Shown piece after piece: positions 27,744 through 37,431 of a stretch of 64,000 nucleotides of DNA. The notes beneath the pieces were generated by a model that was not told the origin of the DNA, made no database searches, and was given only the letters and a program-made list of their open reading frames with translations. Each line of letters opens with the position of its first letter. Position 1 is the stretch's first letter. The DNA is from Dehalococcoidia bacterium (lineage in GTDB: Bacteria; Chloroflexota; Dehalococcoidia; UBA2979). The stretch spans positions 928,001 to 992,000 of the forward strand of contig OZ253555.1 of NCBI GenBank assembly GCA_965262725.1, written 5' to 3'. The position numbers were made by a program, and so were the translations under genes.

Positions 27744-28973
27744 TTAGCCGCGCGGCAGCCCGAGTCCGCGCGTCGCGATCACGTTGCGCTGGATCTCGGA
27801 TGTGCCGGAGGCGATCGTCGCCGAGACGCCGAGGACGTGGCTCTGCGTGAAGCTCGCCATCATCGGCGCGTGCGGGTCATTGTCATCCCAGATGTTCGCG
27901 TAGAGCCCGAATACCTTGGTCCCCGTGTTGGCGAGGCGCTGCATCAGCTCTGAACCAAAGAGCTTGCTGATCGAGGCCTCGTAGTTGGGAACCTGGCCGG
28001 CGTTCTGGATCGAGATGATCCGGAAGGAGAAGTTGAACAGCACCTCCGCCTCAATCGCGTGGGAGGCGACCTGGTCGCGGATCGACGGGAGGTCGTCGAT
28101 GCGGGCCCGGGCGCGCCCCGAGCCCCCGAGGTGGTCCACGAGCTTGCCGATGCGCCGCCTCACCTCAATCGCGCCCGAGATGTTGGAGCGCTCAAAATCG
28201 AGCAGCGTCATTCCCACGTACCAGCCGCGGTTCTCCTCTCCGACGAGGTTGCCCGCTGGCACGCGGACGGACTCATAGAAGACCTCGTTGAAGTCGTGCT
28301 CCCAGCCCATGTTCATGAGCGGGCGCACGTCGACGCCCTGCGTGTTCCGGTCGAGCAGAAGGAAGGAGATGCCGCGGTGCTTCGGTGCGTCGGGATCCGT
28401 GCGCGCGAGCGTGAAGAGCCAGCTCGCCTCGTGCCCGCGCGTCGTCCAGATCTTCTGCCCGTCGAGCACGAACTCGTCGCCGTCGCGGATGGCGCGAGTT
28501 GTGAGCGAGCTGAGATCGGAGCCCGCGCCGGGCTCCGAGTAGCCCTGCGCCCACACGACCTCCCCCGACAGCACGCGGGGGAGGTGCTCGCGGCGTTGCT
28601 CCTCCGTGCCATGGAGGATCAGCACCGGTCCCAGCATGGAGACGCCGATACCCCCCACAGTGGGTGCCCCCGTCTGCGCGAGCTCCTGGTTGAAGATGAA
28701 CTGCTCCATGGGGGACATGCCACCGCCGCCGTACTCGGCCGGCCAGTGGGGCGCCACCCAGTGCTGTTCCGTGAGCGCTTCAACCCACGCGTCGCCCGCG
28801 GCGTGCTCTTCGTCGTCGCCCGTGAGGCGGTCCGACTGCACCTGCAGGAAGGGGAGACGGGGCCAGGCGTCGCTCGCGGCGCGTCGGCGATAGAGCGCCG
28901 GCAGTCGCGACTCGATGAGGCGACGCACCTCCGCCCGGAACGCCGCCTGCTCGGGGCTATCGGACCACTCCAT
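27744..28973 (-). CDS. Acyl-CoA dehydrogenase family protein
   Basis: WPAEYGGGG, QGYSEPGAGSDLSSL, GQKIWT, FNEVFY, IASGTSEIQRNVIA. Confidence 0.93.
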   Translation of the reverse strand: MEWSDSPEQAAFRAEVRRLIESRLPALYRRRAASDAWPRLPFLQVQSDRLTGDDEEHAAGDAWVEALTEQHWVAPHWPAEYGGGGMSPMEQFIFNQELAQTGAPTVGGIGVSMLGPVLILHGTEEQRREHLPRVLSGEVVWAQGYSEPGAGSDLSSLTTRAIRDGDEFVLDGQKIWTTRGHEASWLFTLARTDPDAPKHRGISFLLLDRNTQGVDVRPLMNMGWEHDFNEVFYESVRVPAGNLVGEENRGWYVGMTLLDFERSNISGAIEVRRRIGKLVDHLGGSGRARARIDDLPSIRDQVASHAIEAEVLFNFSFRIISIQNAGQVPNYEASISKLFGSELMQRLANTGTKVFGLYANIWDDNDPHAPMMASFTQSHVLGVSATIASGTSEIQRNVIATRGLGLPRG

Positions 28974-29148
28974 GGCTTCGCTCCTTCAGAGCTGCGCATC
29001 ACCGCGCGACCCTGTGCTGCTCCCAGCGCGTGCTGACGCGGCACTCCACGGCAGCGTACAGTGTTCGTTTCGCCGCTGCCGGGCAAGGCGGGCGCCGTCG
29101 CCGGGCGGATGAGACGAACCGGCAGGGGCATCTCGCGAGGATCAGCCC

Positions 29149-29541
29149 TCAGATCATGGAGCTCTCGTCCACGAGTGAGCGCGCGAGGTCGAGGTTGTCG
29201 GCGCTGAGCGCAATCGTCGCCTGACCGCCGTGGCGGTTGAGGATGTGCATGCTCTGGATGTTCACGCCGGCTTCGCGGAACCGCATCGCGAGTCGGGCGA
29301 GAGCCCCCGGCTCATCGTTCAGTCTCACGATCAGGGCGTCGTCGGCGACGGCACGGTAGCCGGCGTGCGAGAGCGCCAGCAGCGCGCCGTCGTCGTCATC
29401 GGTGGTCACGATCACCATGCCGTGATCGCCGAGGCCCTCCGTGTCGATCGAGTGGAGGTTGATGTCGCGCTCGGCGAGCGTCGCTGTGATCCCGGCGATC
29501 ACGCCGACCTCGTTCTTCGTGCTGACGATGATGCGCTTCAT
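29149..29541 (-). CDS. Stand-alone tandem ACT-domain (amino-acid-binding) protein
   Basis: NEVGVIAGITATLAERDINL and NDEPGALARLAMRFREAGVNI are two ACT repeats; GGAGGAGG RBS. Confidence 0.85.
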   Translation of the reverse strand: MKRIIVSTKNEVGVIAGITATLAERDINLHSIDTEGLGDHGMVIVTTDDDDGALLALSHAGYRAVADDALIVRLNDEPGALARLAMRFREAGVNIQSMHILNRHGGQATIALSADNLDLARSLVDESSMI

Positions 29542-29596
29542 GGGCCTCCTCCGCGGGACGCGGCCGCCCTCGGCGGCCGCGAGCCAATGCGCTCGA

Positions 29597-30730
29597 TCAG
29601 GCGAGCTCGGTGATGGAGCGACCCGCGACCAGATCGTCGGCGAGCCGGTCGATCTGGTCGCGGGTCACGTGGTGCATCGTGATGATGTGCGCGATGTCCT
29701 GGTAGGGCGCGAGTTGCCACTTCTCGATGACGTCGGCGGGCGGCCGTGGGATCACGACCGTTGCCGAGTTCTTGTGGCGCCACGCCGGAATACCGAGGCC
29801 GTTGAAGCGCTCGACGGCGTACGACGCGACGCCCAGCATCTCCTGGACGATCTCCCGGAACCCCTCAGTGCCGAAGCGCTCCCAGGCGAGCCAGAGCATC
29901 AGCGGGGTCAACCCGTTGCGCGAGCCCGTGAGCGTGGTGTCCATCACGCCGACGTACTCGATCGAGCGCGCGATGCGGGCGACGTACTCCGTACGGGTCA
30001 GGGCGACGCCGCAGGGAATCGGTGCGCCGATGAGCTTGTGGCCGCTGATCGACATGCTGTCGAAGCCGTCCGCGAAGGTGTGCGGCTGCGGGTCGTCGAC
30101 GAAGGGGAGAATCATCCCGCTGAGAGCGGCGTCGCCGTGGATGTAGCGACGGGTGATGGCGAGGTCGTCGAAGATCTCGCGCACGCGGCCCACGTCGTCG
30201 ACGGCTCCCTTCATGGTCGTGCCGATGTTCGCCATGAAGATGACCGGAACGTCGCGGTTGATGCGGACCGTCTCGTAGAGGTCGTCGTAGTCGATCTCAC
30301 CGCTCTCCTGGCTCTTGATCATGATGTTGCGGGTCTTGAGGACGCGGGTGATCTTGAGCACGCTGTAGTGGGTGTCCTCCGAGAAGTAGACGATGCCCTC
30401 CGGGAACAGCTCCCGTGCGAGGAACAGGCCGTACATGTTCCCCTCGGTGCCGCCGTTCGTGACATAACCCCACGCTTGGTCGCGCGGAAGGCGCAGCAGG
30501 TCGGAGAAGCGGCGGATGACGTCGCGCTCGATGTCGTGGGTGTTGGTGGCGAAGTTGCTCTCGTGGAACGGGTCGCCGACGTTGTTCACGCAATAGCTCA
30601 GGAACGGGAGCAGGGCCGAGTAGTCGAAGTTCTGGTTGGTGGGGTAACCGAGAAAACGCCCCGCCAGGGCATCGAACTCCGACTTCAGCAACTCCAGGCG
30701 CCGCCATGTCTCGACTCGCAGCTCGGTCAT
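29597..30730 (-). CDS. hdc: PLP-dependent histidine decarboxylase (HdcA/serine decarboxylase clade, group II)
   Basis: LGYPTNQNFDY, NNVGDPF, WGYVTNGGTEGNMYGL, THYSV, ANIGTTMKGAVD, YIHGDAALSG, SISGHKLIGAPIPCG (PLP Lys), GSRNG; 377 aa. Confidence 0.85.
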   Translation of the reverse strand: MTELRVETWRRLELLKSEFDALAGRFLGYPTNQNFDYSALLPFLSYCVNNVGDPFHESNFATNTHDIERDVIRRFSDLLRLPRDQAWGYVTNGGTEGNMYGLFLARELFPEGIVYFSEDTHYSVLKITRVLKTRNIMIKSQESGEIDYDDLYETVRINRDVPVIFMANIGTTMKGAVDDVGRVREIFDDLAITRRYIHGDAALSGMILPFVDDPQPHTFADGFDSMSISGHKLIGAPIPCGVALTRTEYVARIARSIEYVGVMDTTLTGSRNGLTPLMLWLAWERFGTEGFREIVQEMLGVASYAVERFNGLGIPAWRHKNSATVVIPRPPADVIEKWQLAPYQDIAHIITMHHVTRDQIDRLADDLVAGRSITELA

Positions 30731-30999
30731 CGTGGGGTCTCCCGTGCGAGCTGCGACGGTGGCTCGATGTCCCCGCCCCCTATCAGGCTATCGCCCGGGC
30801 GGGCCGCTTGCCTAGGTTGGATTCGCACCGGGAGCCGTGGGGAGGGCGGCGGCACGGGAGACGCGCAAGCCGCCGGCTAAGGCCGGCTCCTGCCCGGACG
30901 TCCATCTCGCACTGCACTCGAGGCCGTGTGGGAGGCGGGCGCACCGGCTCGACAAGTCCTATGTGCTACTCAGAGTCGTCCGGGAGTCGGCACGGCCGC

Positions 31000-31120
31000 G
31001 CCCGGTGACCCGGCGTAGCGGCCCGGGAGGGCTCTCATTCATCAACGCGCAGACGACGGGAACCACGACCAGCGTCAGTATGGTCGAGCTGGCAAGTCCG
31101 CCGATCATGACGGTCGCCCC
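31000..31120 (-). pseudogene. Remnant of the C-terminal helix of an RND (AcrB/CusA-family) efflux permease
   Basis: Translates to ATVMIGGLASSTILTLVVVPVVCALMNE, matching the RND TM12 pattern (VIGGL.SST.LTL..VPV.Y). The ~1000 upstream codons are absent. Confidence 0.65.
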
Positions 31121-31376
31121 CGTGTCCCGGGATCGGTCACGGAGCGGGGGCGACGGTGTCGAGCATGGCAGAGAGGATCGTGAACTCAAGGTCGGCGCAC
31201 GAGCGGGATCGAGGGCAACCCCCACACGCTCGGGGCGTCTGCCCGGCCGAGCGACAGGTCCGCCCGGCACTGCGCACTGGCGCCGCCACGGCATGATCGC
31301 GACCCGACGAACCGGCGCTGGTCGGGGCCCCCAGACGCGCGCCCGTAGATCGAGGGATGACGGGTCGGGCTGTGCT

Positions 31377-31583
31377 CTACATCTCCATCTTCTTCTTGCC
31401 GGAGAGGTAGCCCTCCGCGTCCTCCTCGAACTCCAGACGGCACCCGGTGCCGCAGAAGTAGTACGTGACGCCGTTGTGCTGCGTGGAGCCGCCCGGCGCG
31501 TTCCGCGTGTCGACCTCCATGCCGCACACCGGGTCGATGGCGGTGCGATTCCCGCGTATGCGACCCATCAGCCACGACACCAT
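31377..31583 (-). CDS. YHS domain protein (small metal-binding)
   Basis: AIDPVCGMEVD...HNGVTYYFCGTGCRLEF. Confidence 0.88.
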   Translation of the reverse strand: MVSWLMGRIRGNRTAIDPVCGMEVDTRNAPGGSTQHNGVTYYFCGTGCRLEFEEDAEGYLSGKKKMEM

Positions 31584-31690
31584 CTGCGCCTCCCCTCGTC
31601 GATTCGCGGACAGGCACACCGTACAGTATTCGAGTGGCGTGAGTGGGCCGGACTGGACAGCGTCGAACAGCGAACCACGGGAGGTCTAGC

Positions 31691-33826
31691 ATGACGCCGA
31701 GCGGCGCGGGAGAGGGGGGGCAGAACCGCCTCTCCCGGGAGAGCAGCCCGTACCTTCGCCAGCACGCCGACAACCCCGTCGACTGGTACCCGTGGGGTGA
31801 GGAGGCGTTCGCCCGCGCCCGCGAGGAACGAAAGCCCATCCTGCTCTCGGTCGGCTACTCGACGTGCCACTGGTGCCACGTGATGGCGCACGAGTCGTTC
31901 GAGAACGCCGCTATCGCCGCCCGCATGAACGAGTGGTTCGTCTCCATCAAGGTCGATCGCGAGGAGCGCCCCGACGTGGACGCCGCCTACATGCTGGCGA
32001 CCCAAGCGCTCTCCGGTCACGGCGGATGGCCGATGACGGTCTTCCTGACGCCGGAGCGCGAACCCTTCTATGCGGGGACCTACTACCCGCCGGAGGACCG
32101 CTACGGCCGACCCGGCTTCCCGCGCTTGCTCGAGGGCGTGCACGAGGCGTGGGAGGAGCGTCGCGCCGACGTGCTGAGGGCGGCTGGCTCGATCACGGAG
32201 CGGTTGCGGGCCGCTTCCCGTCACGAGCCGCCGGGCGGCCTGGTGCTCGATCAGGCGGCCGCGGAGCAGGCCGTGGCGCGCCTGCGGATGGACTACGATC
32301 CCCGCTGGGGCGGCTTCGGCGGCGCCCCGAAGTTCCCCTCCCCCCCGACGCTCGAGTTCCTGCTCGCCCACGATGCCCTGGGCGGTTCCGAGTCCGCCAC
32401 GCCGGCCGCCACCGAGATGATCGTGCACACGCTGCGGAAGATGGCTGCCGGCGGCATCTACGATCAGCTCGGCGGGGGCTTCGCCCGCTACTCCGTCGAC
32501 GAGCGCTGGCTGGTCCCGCACTTCGAGAAGATGCTCTACGACAACGCGCAGCTTGCGCGCCTCTATCTGCACGCCCACCAGGTCACCGGCGACGCGCTCT
32601 TCGCGCGGATCGCCCGCGAGACGATCGAGTCCATGGAGGAGGAGCTGCGGCTCCCCGGCGGAGGCTACGCCGCGGCGCTCGACGCAGATAGCGAGGGAAT
32701 CGAGGGGAAGTACTATCTCTGGAGCGTCGCCGAGATCTGCGAACTCTTCGGCGCGGGCTCGGCCGAGGAGCGGCTCACCCGGCTCGCCTACGGGGTGAGC
32801 GAGGGCGGGAACTTCACCGACCCGCACCACGCGGAACTGACCGGCCGGAGCGTGCTCACGCGCCAGCGTCCGGCCGAGGAGTTGGCGGCCGAGCTGGGTG
32901 AGCCGGCCGATGCCGTCGAGGAGCGACTCAAGCGCGTTCGGGGAGGGCTCCTCAAGGCCCGCCGCCGGCGCATCCCACCGCACCGCGACGACAAGCTGCT
33001 TGCCTCCTGGAACGGCCTCGCCCTCGGCGCGCTCGCCGAGGCGGCGCGCGTGCTCGACGAGCCGCGCTACCTCGCCCGCGCGGAGGAACTGGCCACGCTC
33101 TTGTGGGAGGAGATGCGCGATGGGGAGAGGCTGCTCCACGTGCGCCGGGACGCGAGCGGGACGAGCTTGCACGTCGGCGGGATGCTGGAGGATTACGCTT
33201 TCGTCGGACTCGGCCTCATCGAGCTCTACCGTTCGGGAGGCGATCTCGGGCAGCTCGCCCGCGCCGAGCTCCTCGGCGCGCAGCTCGTCGAGCTCTTCCA
33301 CGATGCCGAGGGCGGAGGGTTCTTCGAGACCGCGGCGGATGCCGAACGCCTGATCCTGCGCCAGAAGGGAATCGCCGATCAGGCGACGCCGTCGGGCAAC
33401 GCCGCCGCGGCGCAGCTGCTCGCGTGGCTCGCCCGTTACCGCAGCTCACCGCGGTATGAGGAGCTCGCCTCCGAGGCGGTGGCCTTGGCGCAGGGGCGGA
33501 TGGGCGAGCACGCGGCGGGCTTCGGCGCCGCGTGGCTCGCGCGGGCGCTTCTCGCCGCGCCGCGCCGGGAGGCGGCGTTGGTCGGCGACCCCGACGCGCG
33601 CGCGCCTCTCGCGCGCGAGCTCGCACGGCGCTTCCTGCCCGCGACGGTGATCGCTCCTGCGGACTCCGGGCGCGGGTTGCCGCTCCTAGAGGGGCGCGAT
33701 GTCGACAGCGGAGCCGCGGCCTATCTCTGCGAGGACATGGTCTGCGGCCTCCCCGTGACGACCCCCCGGGAGCTCGCCCGCCAGCTCGACGCGACGTATG
33801 CGGGCGCCGGCACCGCTGGCACCTAG
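31691..33826 (+). CDS. Thioredoxin-domain protein, YyaL/SPATA20 family
   Basis: [77 protein letters not shown]. Confidence 0.93.
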   Translation: MTPSGAGEGGQNRLSRESSPYLRQHADNPVDWYPWGEEAFARAREERKPILLSVGYSTCHWCHVMAHESFENAAIAARMNEWFVSIKVDREERPDVDAAYMLATQALSGHGGWPMTVFLTPEREPFYAGTYYPPEDRYGRPGFPRLLEGVHEAWEERRADVLRAAGSITERLRAASRHEPPGGLVLDQAAAEQAVARLRMDYDPRWGGFGGAPKFPSPPTLEFLLAHDALGGSESATPAATEMIVHTLRKMAAGGIYDQLGGGFARYSVDERWLVPHFEKMLYDNAQLARLYLHAHQVTGDALFARIARETIESMEEELRLPGGGYAAALDADSEGIEGKYYLWSVAEICELFGAGSAEERLTRLAYGVSEGGNFTDPHHAELTGRSVLTRQRPAEELAAELGEPADAVEERLKRVRGGLLKARRRRIPPHRDDKLLASWNGLALGALAEAARVLDEPRYLARAEELATLLWEEMRDGERLLHVRRDASGTSLHVGGMLEDYAFVGLGLIELYRSGGDLGQLARAELLGAQLVELFHDAEGGGFFETAADAERLILRQKGIADQATPSGNAAAAQLLAWLARYRSSPRYEELASEAVALAQGRMGEHAAGFGAAWLARALLAAPRREAALVGDPDARAPLARELARRFLPATVIAPADSGRGLPLLEGRDVDSGAAAYLCEDMVCGLPVTTPRELARQLDATYAGAGTAGT

Positions 33827-33990
33827 GGCGTCCACTCCGGATCGGCTCGACCCGCGCGTGTTCCGCGGTTCCTCCGCAGGCGTGGGGCCGGCACGGGACT
33901 TGTGGCGCACCCCCCGCGACGCCATGCTCGAGCGGCCCGCGAACGCGCGACGGGGGTGGATCTCAGGCAGCGTCGGAAGGGGCGGATCGA

Positions 33991-34770
33991 GTGCCCTTCA
34001 TCACCGTTCCCGGCGGCGTGCGCCTCCACTACCGGGACGCGGGCCGTGCGCAGAGCGCGCTCCCGATGCTGTTCGTCCACGGCTGGTGCAGCAGCCTCCA
34101 CGACTGGGAGCCGCAGGCGCGCGCCTTCTCCCGCAGCCGCCGGGTCGTCCGCATCGACCTCCGCGGCCACGGCGCCTCCGACGCGCCGCGCGGCGGCTAC
34201 CGGCTGCGCGTCTTCGCCTCCGACGCAAAGGCGGTGGCGCACTCGCTCGGCATCGACAGGGCGATCCTGATTGGACACTCGCTGGGCGGCGGCGTGGTGC
34301 TCGAACTCGCGCGTCACGCGCCCGCCCTTGCTGCGGGTGTGGTGATGGTCGACGGCATCACGGGCCGGGGGCGTCCGGCGCGGGAGCTCGATGACCATCC
34401 CGCGATCGCCCCGCTCGCCGGGCCTGGCTACCGCGCCGAGATCGGGAACCGCTACCGTGCCTTCTTCCGGCCGACCGTCGACACGGCGCTGGTCGAACGT
34501 GTGGTCGCGTCGGCGGAGCGGACGCCGCCGCACGTGGCGCTCCTGAGCATCCGCGCGATCTACCGTGATAATGCCGCGGCCGCCGGGCGACGGGTGCGCG
34601 CGCCGGCACTCTACATCGCCGCGTCGACCAACCGGCACACGTCGGAGACAATCCGGCGCGTCGTGCCCGGTGCGGCGTTCGCGCAGGTGGTCGGTGCCGG
34701 ACACTTCGCGCAGCTCGAGGTGCCGGAGCAGGTCAACGCGATGCTGCGTAGCTTCATCAAGGGACTCTGA
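33991..34770 (+). CDS. Alpha/beta fold hydrolase
   Basis: LFVHGW, DLRGHGAS, GHSLGG nucleophile elbow, GAGHFAQLE. Confidence 0.9.
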   Translation: MPFITVPGGVRLHYRDAGRAQSALPMLFVHGWCSSLHDWEPQARAFSRSRRVVRIDLRGHGASDAPRGGYRLRVFASDAKAVAHSLGIDRAILIGHSLGGGVVLELARHAPALAAGVVMVDGITGRGRPARELDDHPAIAPLAGPGYRAEIGNRYRAFFRPTVDTALVERVVASAERTPPHVALLSIRAIYRDNAAAAGRRVRAPALYIAASTNRHTSETIRRVVPGAAFAQVVGAGHFAQLEVPEQVNAMLRSFIKGL

Positions 34771-34803
34771 GCCACCGGAGGGCTCGGGCTGGGAGGAGGT
34801 CCG

Positions 34804-35109
34804 ATGTTCGTCGCAATGAACCGTTTCTCGATCGTTCCCGGGCAGGAGGAGCGTTTCGAGGAAGTATGGCGCAGCCGCGACAGCTATCTGGGCGGTGTGC
34901 CCGGCTTCGTGCGATTCGCGCTCCTACGCGGCGACGAGGCGGGCGACTACATCAGCCACAGCAGCTGGGAGTCGCGCGAGGCCTTCGAGGCGTGGACGCA
35001 GAGCGAGGCCTTCGCGGCTGCGCACCGGCAGGGTTCGCTTGCAGGCGTGCTCGCGGGGCCTCCCCACGTTGCGCTCTACGACACCGTCATGGAGCAGGGC
35101 CGGCCCTGA
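34804..35109 (+). CDS. Antibiotic biosynthesis monooxygenase / IsdG-like heme-degrading family
   Basis: MFVAMNRF, FEEVWRSRDSYL..VPGF, WESREAFEAWTQSEAFAAAH; GGAGGAGG RBS. Confidence 0.88.
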   Translation: MFVAMNRFSIVPGQEERFEEVWRSRDSYLGGVPGFVRFALLRGDEAGDYISHSSWESREAFEAWTQSEAFAAAHRQGSLAGVLAGPPHVALYDTVMEQGRP

Positions 35110-35175
35110 GGCGGACGGCTCGCGGGTGAAACTCCCTGTCGGAGACTCCGCCGCGTCCCGGATGTGGCGGCCGCC

Positions 35176-36408
35176 CTACGGAGCGTCGCGCCCGTCCGGG
35201 TGCGGCCGCGGCGTGAGGGCGATGCCCGCCGGCGCGCCGGCTTCTGCGACGATCGCGGAGCGGCCGTAGAGCCAGCTCACGAGGTGCTTGCCGGCGAGTT
35301 CGTGTCGCCAGCCCGAGAGCAGCGGCAGCCCGGGCGGGGGTTGCCTCCCGCCCCCGGCCCACCAGCGTGCCAGCTCCTCGGCGTCCCCGCGCGAGGCGAC
35401 GAAGCGCGGCGCGACCTCCTCGGCGCGGCAGAGCGCAGTCAAGAGTGCCGTGAGCATTGTGGCCCAGCCCTGCGCCGAGTCGGGCAGGGGCGGGCGTGCG
35501 GCCCGGCGCTCGGGCGGGTCCTCGGCGCCCTCGCGCAGGGCGTGCAGCATCTGGTCTCCGTAGCGGCGCACCGTGCCCTGGGAGAGCCCGCGTGCCTCCG
35601 CCAGGCCGGGCGCGCTCCGCGGAATCCGCCGCGCCAGCTCCACCACCGTGCGATCGGGAACGATGCGGCTCGGCGGCAGGTTGAGCCGCCGAGCCTCGCC
35701 TTCGCGCCAGGCAGCGAGCCCGCGCAGCGCCCCCTGCGCGCGCGGGCTCAGGCTCGCCCATCCGCGCAGCCGCCGGTAGGCCTCCGCGGGCGGGGATCGG
35801 CGCGCGTACGTGGAGACGAGGCGCGCCGACTCCTCCTCCACCCAGCCCAGGCGTCCGCGATCCTCCAGCTCCCGCCGCAACCGCGCCCATGCGCGGGGGA
35901 GGTAGCGCACGTCGTTCAGCGCATACCGGATCTGCTCGCCCGAGAGCGGGCGGTCGAGCCACTGCGTGAACTGCCCGCCCTTGTCGAGGTGGACGCCGAG
36001 CAGGCTCTCGACGAGCGCCCCGTAGCCGATCTGGTCGCCGAGACCGATGAAGCTGGCCGCGATCTGCGTGTCGACCACGGCCTGGGGCGAGACGCCGTGG
36101 CGGCTAGCGAGCAGCGAGACGTCGGCCTGCGCCGCGTGCAGCACGGTCTCGAGCTCCGGATCGCCGACGAGGCAGACCACAGGTCCGGGATCGACCGCGA
36201 GCGGGTCGATGGCGGCGACCGTCGGATCCTCCACATCGCCCCACCCGACCTGCACGAGCCCGAGATCCGGCGTGTAGCGTCCCTCCGACACGAACTCGAG
36301 GTCGATACAGAACCACCCGCACCCGCGGATCGCGGCCGCCACCTCCCGCACGGCCGACGCCGAGGTCGCCGGCTCCGGCGGTGGCGCCGAGGCCCCGGCT
36401 GCGCTCAT
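35176..36408 (-). CDS. rnd: Ribonuclease D
   Basis: IDLEFVSEGRY (ExoI), LHAAQAD, DTQIAA, WLDRPLSGEQIRYALNDV, HRDC-like WREGEARRLNLPP. Confidence 0.88.
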   Translation of the reverse strand: MSAAGASAPPPEPATSASAVREVAAAIRGCGWFCIDLEFVSEGRYTPDLGLVQVGWGDVEDPTVAAIDPLAVDPGPVVCLVGDPELETVLHAAQADVSLLASRHGVSPQAVVDTQIAASFIGLGDQIGYGALVESLLGVHLDKGGQFTQWLDRPLSGEQIRYALNDVRYLPRAWARLRRELEDRGRLGWVEEESARLVSTYARRSPPAEAYRRLRGWASLSPRAQGALRGLAAWREGEARRLNLPPSRIVPDRTVVELARRIPRSAPGLAEARGLSQGTVRRYGDQMLHALREGAEDPPERRAARPPLPDSAQGWATMLTALLTALCRAEEVAPRFVASRGDAEELARWWAGGGRQPPPGLPLLSGWRHELAGKHLVSWLYGRSAIVAEAGAPAGIALTPRPHPDGRDAP

Positions 36409-36863
36409 TGCTCGTCCGCGCCGTCGGCGGTGCTCCCCAGGGGAAGCCGGGCGGCGAAGGAGAGCTCGTGGCCGTCGGGGTCGCGAAGGTGGAAGTAGCG
36501 CTCGCCCCACTCCCCGTCGCGCGGCCGGCCCTCGGGCTCAAGTCCAGCGGCGATCGCGTGCCGATAGAGGGCGTCGACCGCAGCGATGTCTGAGAGGTGG
36601 AAGATGACCCGCCCCCAGCCCGCCGGACCGGCGCCCGTCGCGCCCCCGCTCGCTGTCGACACAGGCCTCAGCGCGAGGTTCAGGTGCTCGTCCGCCCCGA
36701 TGTCGAGAATGGTGAAGGCAGCGTCCGCGTCCCCGTAGCTCGCGCGGAGACCGAGCGCTCCGTAGAAGGCGACCGCGCGCGGCATGTCGGTGGTGGCGAG
36801 GGTCACGGCGTTGATGCTGCGGATTGCCGCCTCCGCACCGCGGTCGTCCGCGCTCGCTCCCAT
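36405..36863 (-). CDS. VOC/glyoxalase family protein
   Basis: VTLATTDMPRAVAFYGALG, WGRVIFH, PRDGEWGERYFHLRDPDGHELSF. Confidence 0.9.
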   Translation of the reverse strand: MGASADDRGAEAAIRSINAVTLATTDMPRAVAFYGALGLRASYGDADAAFTILDIGADEHLNLALRPVSTASGGATGAGPAGWGRVIFHLSDIAAVDALYRHAIAAGLEPEGRPRDGEWGERYFHLRDPDGHELSFAARLPLGSTADGADEQ

Positions 36864-37029
36864 GGCGCCAGCATACGTGCTTCCGCGGGCGCCCGTTCCG
36901 CGGGCCGGTCCGTCGCTCCGACGGGGGCCGAGGCGGGTCGGCATCGCCGATGCGGGCGAGCTTCCGGCGGTCTCGGTGGGCTCGGAGCTGCCATTGTCGC
37001 CACGCCCGCGCCCTGCGCCCGGGCGCGGC

Positions 37030-37431
37030 TCAGCCCGCGAGGAAGGAGAGGCGGACGCGCCGGGAGGGGTTGTCGGTGTTCAGGTCGACCAGCACAACGC
37101 TCTGCCACGTGCCGAGCACGGGTTGGCCGCCCTCGACCGGCAGCACCAGCGAGGGGCTGACGAGGGCCGGGAGGAGGTGGTCGGCGCCGTGTCCGGGCGA
37201 GCCGTGGCGGTGGAGGTAGCGGTCGTCGCGCGGGAGCAGCCGGTAGAGCGCCTCGACGAGGTCGGCGTCGGAGCCCGCGCCCGTCTCCAGCAGCGCCAGT
37301 CCGCAGGTCGCGTGCGGCGCGAAGAGGGAGATCAGACCGTCGCCCCGATCCCGGCAGAAACTCCGCACCTCGTCTGTGAGGTCGACGACGCGCCGGTCGG
37401 ACGTATCGACCGCGATCTCGCAGCTCTCCAC
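37030..37431 (-). CDS. yjbQ: YjbQ / UPF0047 family protein
   Basis: FAPHATCGL, YLHRHGSPGHGADH, LGTWQSVVLVD. Confidence 0.88.
   Translation of the reverse strand: MESCEIAVDTSDRRVVDLTDEVRSFCRDRGDGLISLFAPHATCGLALLETGAGSDADLVEALYRLLPRDDRYLHRHGSPGHGADHLLPALVSPSLVLPVEGGQPVLGTWQSVVLVDLNTDNPSRRVRLSFLAG

Noticed and set aside
30706-31839. ORFs 30706..31008, 30837..31694, 30959..31294 and 31186..31839
   Set aside because: Low-complexity translations without RBS or family motifs, apart from the short RND remnant; some overlap the YHS and YyaL genes.
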